Under the pieces are notes generated by a model. It saw nothing but the letters and a program-made list of their open reading frames with translations, searched no databases and had not been told where the DNA came from. This document shows, piece by piece, positions 28,694 through 36,370 of a stretch of 64,000 nt of DNA. Position 1 is the stretch's first letter, and each line of letters starts with the position of its first letter. Source of the DNA: Pseudomonadota bacterium (GTDB taxonomy: Bacteria > Pseudomonadota > Alphaproteobacteria > Rhodobacterales > Rhodobacteraceae); contig JBCBFX010000006.1 in assembly GCA_038527345.1 (NCBI GenBank), forward strand, positions 640 through 64,639, written 5' to 3'. The position numbers were made by a program, and so were the translations under genes.

Positions 28694-30016
28694 ATGAGCC
28701 ATGTGTTCCCGCGCCATTCGAAGTCACCCCCGCCAATGGTGTCACGCGGTGAGGGTCCGTATCTGTTCGACGGGCAGGGCAAGGCGTATCTGAATTGCGG
28801 CGACGCGGCCGTGTCCTGTCTGGGGCACGGCGATCCGCATGTCACGGCAGCGATCAAGGGCCAGTTGGATCACGTGGCCTTTGCGCACACGGGGTATTTC
28901 ACCTCAGATCCCGCGGAGCGGCTTGCCGACAGGTTGGCAACGGTGGCACCCGAAGGTCTGGAGCGTGTGTATTTCGTGTCCGGCGGGTCAGAGGCGATGG
29001 AGGCGGCGCTGAAACTGGCGCGCCAGTATTTCATCGAGATCGGGCAGCCCGAGCGGCACAAGGTCATCGCCCGGCGTCAAAGCTATCATGGCAATACTCT
29101 GGGGGCGCTGGCGACCGGCGGAAACGCCGCGCGCCGCGCGCCGTTTTCGCCGCTGCTGATGGATGTGAGCCACGTCTCGCCCTGCTATGCCTATCGCGGG
29201 CAGCAGGATGGCGAAACGGATGTCCAATACGTGGATCGGCTGATCACCGAGATCGAGGCGGAAATCACCGCCCTGGGTCCGGAGACGGTCATGGCCTTTG
29301 TCGCTGAGCCTGTGGTCGGCGCGACGTTGGGAGCGGTGCCGCCCGTCGGCGATTATTTCGAACGGGTTCGCGGTTTGTGTGATGCCCACGGTATCCTGCT
29401 GATCTTTGACGAGGTGATGTGCGGGATGGGACGCACGGGGACGCTGTTTGCATCCGAGCAGTACGGCGCCGCCCCGGACATCTGCGCCATCGCCAAGGGG
29501 TTGGGTGCCGGCTATCAGCCCATCGGCGCGATGCTGTGCACCGCCACCATCCACGACACGATTCGCGATGGGTCGGGGTTTTTCCAGCATGGGCACACAT
29601 ATCTGGGCCATCCGGTGGCCTGTGCCGCCGCGCTGGCCGTGCTGGAGCGGTTGCTGGATGACAGGGTGCTGGACCGCGTGCGGCCCTTGGGCGATGCGCT
29701 GCATGATGCATTGACGGAACGGTTCGGGCAACACCCGCATGTTGGTGACATCCGCGGTGTGGGTCTGTTTCGCGGAATTGAATTGGTGGCGTCGCGCGAA
29801 ACCAAAGCGCCGTTTGATCCAGGCGACAGGGTGCATGCGCGGCTCAAGGCCGCGGCGTTCGAGGAAGGGCTGATCTGCTATCCCATGGGCGGGTCGGTGG
29901 ACGGGACCACGGGCGATCATATTCTGCTGGCACCGCCATTCATCCTTCGGGACGGCGATGTGGACACGCTGGCCGACAAGCTGGCGAACGCGATCCGCAA
30001 GGTGCTTCCCGGCTGA
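28694..30016 (+). CDS. class-III (omega) aminotransferase family PLP enzyme
   Basis: 440 aa from ATG 28694. Motifs are VSGGSEAMEAALKLARQY, SYHGNTLGALA, LLIFDEVMCGMGRTG and IAKGLGAGYQPIGA (PLP Lys). Confidence 0.9.
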   Translation: MSHVFPRHSKSPPPMVSRGEGPYLFDGQGKAYLNCGDAAVSCLGHGDPHVTAAIKGQLDHVAFAHTGYFTSDPAERLADRLATVAPEGLERVYFVSGGSEAMEAALKLARQYFIEIGQPERHKVIARRQSYHGNTLGALATGGNAARRAPFSPLLMDVSHVSPCYAYRGQQDGETDVQYVDRLITEIEAEITALGPETVMAFVAEPVVGATLGAVPPVGDYFERVRGLCDAHGILLIFDEVMCGMGRTGTLFASEQYGAAPDICAIAKGLGAGYQPIGAMLCTATIHDTIRDGSGFFQHGHTYLGHPVACAAALAVLERLLDDRVLDRVRPLGDALHDALTERFGQHPHVGDIRGVGLFRGIELVASRETKAPFDPGDRVHARLKAAAFEEGLICYPMGGSVDGTTGDHILLAPPFILRDGDVDTLADKLANAIRKVLPG

Positions 30017-30107
30017 TGCCGTCTTTCGTTTCGCATTCGGCATGTTGCAGGCGACTGTGCGATCCGGGGCAAGGCGGACATGGCGCGGCGCAACCAGACC
30101 GGCCGCG

Positions 30108-30686
30108 TCAGGCGGCATCAGCCTCCAGCACCTCCGGTTTGACTTCCAGCGGAAGGTCGATGGTGGGCAATTTCTGTTTGAACACCGTGACGCCCTCGAC
30201 CTGAATGGTGACGGCAGGTTTGGCCCGGCCCGCGGCGACGCTGACGATCCGACGATTGGTGACTGTGACGATCAGCCCTTCGACCTTGAGTGTGAAGGTG
30301 ACAGGGACCGGCAGCTTGCGGATTTCGGCAATCTTGCCAAGCTCGATCACGATATGCGGCGTAAAGCCCGCCTTCAGGCTGTGGGTGGCAACAGTCACCT
30401 GACGCGGTTTGTCGTCCTGCGGGCCCTTGGGTCCGATCAGATCGCTGACCTGGCCCAGTCCCTTCCATGCCTGCACCAACGCCTTGACCGGTGAAATGGC
30501 CAACGCATCCTTCACCGCCTTTTCAAGGGCAGTTGCCAGTGTTGATCCATCCGGGTCGATGGCCCGCAGGGTCAGCCCGGCCTCGCCCTTCAGGGCGTCA
30601 CCGACCGCTTCGACGACCTCTTGCATGCGCGCTTCAGGCAATTCGTCGGCCAGCACCTTGCGCGGCTCTGTTGCCGGAGTATTCAT
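30108..30686 (-). CDS. hypothetical 192-aa cytoplasmic protein, translationally coupled to the upstream 888-aa envelope protein gene
   Basis: Its ATG (30686-30684) overlaps the TGA (30685-30683) of the upstream gene, an ATGA overlap. No signal peptide or TM segment. The N-half looks acidic and helical and the C-half looks beta-rich (VTFTLKVEGLIVTVTN, AVTIQVEGVTVF). No family was recognised. Confidence 0.7.
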   Translation of the reverse strand: MNTPATEPRKVLADELPEARMQEVVEAVGDALKGEAGLTLRAIDPDGSTLATALEKAVKDALAISPVKALVQAWKGLGQVSDLIGPKGPQDDKPRQVTVATHSLKAGFTPHIVIELGKIAEIRKLPVPVTFTLKVEGLIVTVTNRRIVSVAAGRAKPAVTIQVEGVTVFKQKLPTIDLPLEVKPEVLEADAA

Positions 30687-33349
30687 GTCTCTGCTCCCTC
30701 GTCCTGCTCCATTTCGACCTCGATGCGTGGTGCGACGTCCTCGTCTACCCGCATCACCAATGTGAGCGGTGAGGATGGGTCAAGCACGACCGACGGTTCG
30801 TGATCCGGTTCCGCGAATATCCGTGGTCGGGCTGCAATCACGTGGCGCCCTTGGGCGGTGTCTTGATTGCGCCGTCCGCCACGAAGCTTGGCGATCAGGT
30901 AGCCGGACCCGACACCGGCCAGCGTCAGCAGCGCGCCCCAGACCCAAGGCGGAATGACAAGACCGGGTGCGGCCGGCCGCAGCAGCATGATCTGCGACAT
31001 CGCAAGCGTTTCGCCACCAGCATTTTGCGCTTCGATCACCAGTGCCCTGTCCCGACCGGGTGCGGGCATCTTCACCGGCCCGCGCCAATCGGTCCCCGCA
31101 TAGGGCGCGCGGGACAGGACTTCGCCGCTGTCGGGATCCGACACCACAATGGTCGCGGTGTCGGCGGGATTGGCGACAGCGACCGAAAGGCGGGTGGTGT
31201 CGGCGTCCACGGAAAAGCCATCCAGTGACGTGACACGCAGTGTCACCGGTGCTTGAACCGGTGCGGCCGGGCGCACAAGCGTGATGGTTTGCGTTGCGTG
31301 CGCCTCTCCGTCCCGTCCCATGGCCGCGATCACCACCGGCAGGCTTTGACCCGGCTCCGGCATGGAGACTTGCAGCCGCGCCCGTCCATCTGCCAATCGG
31401 CTCTGTGCCAGCGTCACCGCGTTCGCGCTGCCATCGTTCTCCCGTGCAATGACCGAGGTGATCCAGTCCGCGCCGGATGTCACGCTGGCGACTGTGATGA
31501 CGCTGTCCGTGTCTGCCTCGAACCGTCCGGTCGGGCTGATTTCAAGCGCAACAGGGGCGCGACGAATGCGCAACTCGTCCTCGACAAGCACCCGGCCCGT
31601 GCGGTCCATCGCTTGTGCACGAAGCACCATTTCCCGACCTGGCGGCGGCAGGGCCTGTGTTGTGTCCCAGATGCCGTTGCCAACGGGCCTGCCTGCCAGA
31701 ACCGCCATGTCCGGCCCGGACCGCAGCACAAGCTCTGCCGTGGCCCCCGGGTTTTCCAGCACAAGTCGCAGGCGCGCCGAAGCAGCGTCGACGACCGGTC
31801 CGTCGGGGCTTTGGAGTGTCAGGCGTGGCGGCAACACCGGGGCAGGGCGGGTCATCGTCACGGTCTGACGTGCAAGGGCATTCCCGCTGCGATCAAGTGC
31901 GGTGAACGTGACGCGCTGCGTATCACCGGGGCCGGGCGCGGGGACATACAGCGTTGCTGTGCCGCCGCTGATGGGTTGCGAGATCGGGGCAGTCCCGGCG
32001 CCCCGTGCTTCGATCCGGGTAACAGCGGAGGCGCCGCCGGGCAGCGTTGCGGTGAAATCGGTGCCCGGTCCGTCGACCGTGATCGAGCCGGCCGGGCGCA
32101 CGTTCAGCACGACTGGCGGTCTGATCAGGCGCAGGGTGTCGCGGTCCAGTGCGGTGCCTTCCGGTCCGATCGCCTCGACCGCAAAGGCGGCCTCTTGCCC
32201 CGGTGGTGGCATCGGCAGATCGAACAGGACCGGCTGTCCGCGCCAGGGTTGCGCCTGTGGGCCGATCCCCGGGCCGGTCACGCGGATCGAGGCCGTCAAT
32301 CCCGGCTGCGACAGCCCTATGGCGACGCGCGTGCGCGGCGCGTCCACTTCGATCCGCGGCGGCACGTCCAGCGCCACGGGTTGCGCCGCCTGACACGCGC
32401 GGTCAAGCTCATCGCGCAGGCCTATCCAGCGTAGCCGCCCGGCATTGAACTGGTCCATGCGGCCGCCCAGATAGCCCGCGATGGCCCGGCAGGTGTTCGG
32501 CCCCAGCGCCCCGTCGCTGGCACCGGGCGAGAATCCGACGCATGTCAGCCCGTCCTGCACCTGCCGAACGATGTTGCCGGTCACGACCTCGCGCGGGCCG
32601 CACCATTGCAACAACCGAAGCGTCACTGCCGCTCGGGCCGACAGATTGGCGGTGTTGGTTGCCACGACAAATGCCGTCAGGTCATCGAAATCCCGCGGCA
32701 AATCGACGGTCGCGGCATATAGCGGTGAGCCCTGCGCGGCATTCATGCGCACCCTTTGACCGCCCGGCAGTTGGACAAAGGCCTCGCGAATTGCGCTTTG
32801 ATCGTCGGTGATCCGGGCTCTGACCGTGGTTCTGCGGCCCTGACCCTCGAAAATCGGCCGAACGGGAGCGATCTGTGGCGGTGTGCGGTCGGCCACGACG
32901 TCATCGTCGGGTGTCACGTCATCCCCGGGATCAGACCTGGTGTCATCCGAAGGTCCGGTATCGCCATCAAGCCGCTTGTCCAGCTGGGCCAGATCGAAGT
33001 TGCCCCCGATGTAAATGTCACAGGCCCCGGATCTGAGCGCCGTGAAAACCTCTTCGGTTGAAAGAATGCTTGTGTTGACGCGCTCGCGCCTGAGCCGACT
33101 GACCAGCACGCGGTCGGATGCGCAGGTTTTGACCTGCCTCAGAAACGCCCGAACATCGCGCGGCTGCGTGAGCATGACGAACAAAAACGCGCCGGCCATG
33201 AAACGGTTCGCATCGGCGACATAGAGACCGGTGTAGCCCGGGATCGGCTCGACCCCCTGCACAGAAAGACGGGACGCTTGTGCAAGAGCCTGCCCGCTCG
33301 CCGAAACGATCAGGCTCAGGGCCAGAAGCGAGGCAAAAAATACACGCAT
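30683..33349 (-). CDS. large single-pass envelope protein: signal peptide, PG-binding-like motif, Ig-like repeat modules, C-terminal TM and acidic cytoplasmic tail
   Basis: ATG at 33349 gives the signal peptide MRVFFASLLALSLIVSASGQALAQA. The segment VRQVQDGLTCVGFSPGASDGALGPNTCRAIAGYL resembles the PG_binding_1 pattern. It carries five ~83-100 aa modules. The TM helix VIPPWVWGALLTLAGVGSGYLIAKL is encoded at 30884-30958, followed by a 66-aa tail ending EVEMEQDEGAET. Confidence 0.8.
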   Translation of the reverse strand: MRVFFASLLALSLIVSASGQALAQASRLSVQGVEPIPGYTGLYVADANRFMAGAFLFVMLTQPRDVRAFLRQVKTCASDRVLVSRLRRERVNTSILSTEEVFTALRSGACDIYIGGNFDLAQLDKRLDGDTGPSDDTRSDPGDDVTPDDDVVADRTPPQIAPVRPIFEGQGRRTTVRARITDDQSAIREAFVQLPGGQRVRMNAAQGSPLYAATVDLPRDFDDLTAFVVATNTANLSARAAVTLRLLQWCGPREVVTGNIVRQVQDGLTCVGFSPGASDGALGPNTCRAIAGYLGGRMDQFNAGRLRWIGLRDELDRACQAAQPVALDVPPRIEVDAPRTRVAIGLSQPGLTASIRVTGPGIGPQAQPWRGQPVLFDLPMPPPGQEAAFAVEAIGPEGTALDRDTLRLIRPPVVLNVRPAGSITVDGPGTDFTATLPGGASAVTRIEARGAGTAPISQPISGGTATLYVPAPGPGDTQRVTFTALDRSGNALARQTVTMTRPAPVLPPRLTLQSPDGPVVDAASARLRLVLENPGATAELVLRSGPDMAVLAGRPVGNGIWDTTQALPPPGREMVLRAQAMDRTGRVLVEDELRIRRAPVALEISPTGRFEADTDSVITVASVTSGADWITSVIARENDGSANAVTLAQSRLADGRARLQVSMPEPGQSLPVVIAAMGRDGEAHATQTITLVRPAAPVQAPVTLRVTSLDGFSVDADTTRLSVAVANPADTATIVVSDPDSGEVLSRAPYAGTDWRGPVKMPAPGRDRALVIEAQNAGGETLAMSQIMLLRPAAPGLVIPPWVWGALLTLAGVGSGYLIAKLRGGRRNQDTAQGRHVIAARPRIFAEPDHEPSVVLDPSSPLTLVMRVDEDVAPRIEVEMEQDEGAET
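30959..32362 (-). repeat. five tandem protein-level modules (~83-100 aa each, Ig-like/beta-sandwich guess) within the 888-aa gene
   Basis: Each module ends in a similar Pro-rich linker: LRLIRPP, VTMTRPAP, LRIRRAP, ITLVRPAAP, IMLLRPAAP. Internal strands look conserved (P-x-P-G-x-x-x-x-V/L-x-x-x-A-x-x-x-x-G). The repeats are diverged at DNA level. Confidence 0.65.
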
Positions 33350-33590
33350 GTCCAAAATCGCCTTTGCGCGAAACGCCGAAAAATCGCCAATCAATCAACT
33401 ATAGATAGCATGAAACCGGTCTTTCTGTCACGGCGTCCGGCACCGGGACATGGCATTGGCCGCATGATCACCCTGATCCGGGCGGCAGGAACAGCCCGTC
33501 GCAGGTCCGGTCGAACCGATGGGCCGGTGCCGTTTCCGCACCCCCCCACAGCGCCGGTCCGGCGTTCCGGAAACCGCAGGTTCGGGGCGA

Positions 33591-35999
33591 TCAAATAGGG
33601 CTTTCCTCGGCCTTGATCGTCAGGCGGGCGCATCCGCCGTTTCCTGCATAGGAGTTCATGAACGGCCAGAAGATCATGTCATTGACGTACAGGAACAGAT
33701 GGCCGTCCTTTTCCGCCCGCACCCGCGCGGTCACCGTAGTGATCACAGGCGTTTTCTGGTCGACCCCCTCGCACCCCCGCACCCCATCGACCGGCCACCC
33801 CTGGACTGACCGCATGAAATGGGTCGACTTGCCCGAATAGTTTTCAAGCGGCACGATCGAACTGCCGACCCGGCCGATTTGCGCCACGGGCTGGAACCAA
33901 CTGGTGCCCGTCCGGCGGATCAGCTTGCCAAAGACATAGGACCGCTGGCTGGTTTCAAACCCGGACATCGGAACGCGTTGTCCTTCGTCGCTGAACGGCA
34001 CGAGTTCCTCGAGCCTGATCCAGTATGTGCGCCCCTCGACAAGGTCTACGCCAGAGCTCCAGCACACCTCTCGCGGAGAAAATCCACCGGGCGTTTCGTA
34101 AACCTCGCCGGGTTCGACGCCGCGCGACAAACCGGGCTGCGGACACAGATTTCCGGCGACTGTCGTCACGGTCAGACCGGTGACCTGCACGACCTTCACC
34201 ACGCCCAAAAGCACAAGGGCCGCCAGCGCGACTGGAATGACCCATGCGCTGAAGAAGGTATAGATGTGTTTGGCGATGCCGCTTGCCCGAAGCCTTTCCC
34301 CCGTTCGGACCAGCAGCCGGTCCAGCGCGCGGTCGAGTGTCATCGTCTTGTCCGACGTCCAGACGGTACGGGACCCGTCCCGTATCCGGTCGCGCAAAGA
34401 TGTGCTGGAGCGTTGCAATGCGATGGCCAAAAGGATGAGCGGAATGGAGAGCGCGGGTATATTGGCAAAGGATTGCAACCAGGGCTGTACAAAGCCGGGC
34501 ACGACCGCAGTCACCACACCGGGCAGCGACAGACTTGCCGCGCTTTGCGGTGGCATGCCCGGTTGGACCAACGCCCTGATCACGGTGTCGGTCCAGGGCA
34601 GCGCCGCCAGAAACAGCAAGATGGCGATGAATGCCACGTTCGCCACCCGTTTCCACATGACCAGCGATTTGACCTGCTGGGCAAGGGCGCTGTTGTGGCT
34701 GAGCGACACCTGCTGCGGCTGTTCATGCGGCAGGAAATCATCCGTCAGCATCACGGGCGCATAGCCATCGCGACCCGCCAGGATCTTTTCGACCACCGAA
34801 CCATGCACAACGGGCTTGCCGCCAAAGGCGTCTCCGCTTTCGACGGGGCGGGGGGTATAGCGGTATGCGGATTTCATTCCGCTGCGCGAGTCGTGGATCA
34901 GTGCGTTCTTTGATCGGCGACTGTCCCAGTCGTCGACCAGCGGAGCGATGAATTGCAGGCCGTCCTGTTCCGCCTCGCGTATCATCCAGATCAGCGGCTC
35001 GAGCGAGGCTTCATCGTTGGGATAGCCGCCACCGATGTCGGCATGCATTCCGGCAAACCAGACTTCCTTGATCCGGGGCCCGTCGGTCTGGTTGCCGGGG
35101 CCGCTCAGGTCCAGGCGCGGTGTCTGATCGAACCGCAGCGGATGGTAGGTGCGCCGCTCGTCGTCCAGTGCCAGGGCATGGCGCACGTCCTCTACCGCGG
35201 CACTGCAAACGCGGTTTCGGAAGCTGATCGGCCAGATCCAGAAATCGATCATCGCCCGCACTTCCTCGAGCGGGACACCATAGGCTTCGACCGTATCAAA
35301 CAGGCCAAGGAACTTGATCTTGACGTTTCCGGCATCACGCTCGGGACATTCCGATTTGACGGTGCCCTGTACCTGCGCGTGCGTCTTCTGTCGCAACACC
35401 CAACGTTTGATCCGCACACCGACATCGCGAATGAACCTGCCGGCCGAAACCGTCGGGCTCATGCGGATCTTGCCGGATTGCGGGTCGCGGAACGGCGCTG
35501 TCTTTTGCCGGTAATCCCGCCATGCGCCACCGGCATTGCGCCGCATTTCCGCCGACGACACGGTGCGGCCGTCGACTTGCTTCGGGATCAGGCCCTGAGA
35601 CTGGATCAGGCTCGCCAGGGTGCGCACGGTAAAGGCGCCGCGGCTGAAGCCGAACATCCAGATTTCATCGCCGGGTTCCCAGTTCCAGCACAAGAACCGA
35701 TAGAGTTTCTGCACATTGCTGGGAACGCCAAAGCCGGTAGCACCGTCAAACAGGCGGATCAGACCGATCGAGGACGTGCCGACGCCGGGAATGTACCGGG
35801 CCAGCTGCTGGTTCTGCTTCAACGGATGCAGCCCGCGCTTGTCCACCGCGTCGTAGATCCGCCAGATGTTCGACGCCTGGCTGCCGAACGCATTCCCGGT
35901 TCCGTCGGCAAACACGATCAGACGCTTGGGCAGGCGTTTGCCGGTCTTGCGACCCTCGTGCAATTCCGGACCGGTTTCTGGTTTGTGATTACTTTTCAT
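33591..35999 (-). CDS. DUF2235 (Tle1-like alpha/beta-hydrolase) domain protein fused to a multi-TM region and a C-terminal beta-rich domain
   Basis: 802 aa from ATG 35999 (RBS GGAG). DUF2235 hallmarks are LIVFADGTGNAF, YIPGVGT and the nucleophile elbow IWMFGFSRGAFTVR. Three to four hydrophobic helices lie at about aa 470-620. The C-terminal ~190 aa contains HLFLYVNDMIFWPFMNSYAGNGG. Confidence 0.82.
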   Translation of the reverse strand: MKSNHKPETGPELHEGRKTGKRLPKRLIVFADGTGNAFGSQASNIWRIYDAVDKRGLHPLKQNQQLARYIPGVGTSSIGLIRLFDGATGFGVPSNVQKLYRFLCWNWEPGDEIWMFGFSRGAFTVRTLASLIQSQGLIPKQVDGRTVSSAEMRRNAGGAWRDYRQKTAPFRDPQSGKIRMSPTVSAGRFIRDVGVRIKRWVLRQKTHAQVQGTVKSECPERDAGNVKIKFLGLFDTVEAYGVPLEEVRAMIDFWIWPISFRNRVCSAAVEDVRHALALDDERRTYHPLRFDQTPRLDLSGPGNQTDGPRIKEVWFAGMHADIGGGYPNDEASLEPLIWMIREAEQDGLQFIAPLVDDWDSRRSKNALIHDSRSGMKSAYRYTPRPVESGDAFGGKPVVHGSVVEKILAGRDGYAPVMLTDDFLPHEQPQQVSLSHNSALAQQVKSLVMWKRVANVAFIAILLFLAALPWTDTVIRALVQPGMPPQSAASLSLPGVVTAVVPGFVQPWLQSFANIPALSIPLILLAIALQRSSTSLRDRIRDGSRTVWTSDKTMTLDRALDRLLVRTGERLRASGIAKHIYTFFSAWVIPVALAALVLLGVVKVVQVTGLTVTTVAGNLCPQPGLSRGVEPGEVYETPGGFSPREVCWSSGVDLVEGRTYWIRLEELVPFSDEGQRVPMSGFETSQRSYVFGKLIRRTGTSWFQPVAQIGRVGSSIVPLENYSGKSTHFMRSVQGWPVDGVRGCEGVDQKTPVITTVTARVRAEKDGHLFLYVNDMIFWPFMNSYAGNGGCARLTIKAEESPI

Positions 36000-36370
36000 G
36001 GCGCTCCGCGGTTTTTCGCGCAAAAAAGATTTCTGTTCGCACGGGGAATTCGATGCGCGCCGCGCGTGTGCGAATTCAATTCATATGTCTTCGAACCAGG
36101 CGACAAAAAAACCTCGTCATGTGCATGAATTAAAAAAACATTTCTTCGATCATCTGCTGCGGCGGCCACCATGCAGACCGCTGTGCGAAATCAATGCTTT
36201 GCCGATCTCAACGGTCAAGAAATCAACCGTCGGACAGTATTGTTCAGGCCGCCCAATTGGCCGCGCTTCTCTACATGGTTGCAATAAATTCGATTCGGGC
36301 CAACACTGAATGCAGATGTTCCGAACAATAGGTTGATGCCATTTCCAGACAAAAATCAGGAGATATCTTG

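Noticed and set aside
33591-35999. DUF2235 protein as a type VI secretion Tle1 effector
   Set aside because: There are no Hcp/VgrG/PAAR/Tli-like genes in the window, and the protein carries its own TM segments. The effector interpretation is not supported here, although a T6SS elsewhere in the genome cannot be excluded.
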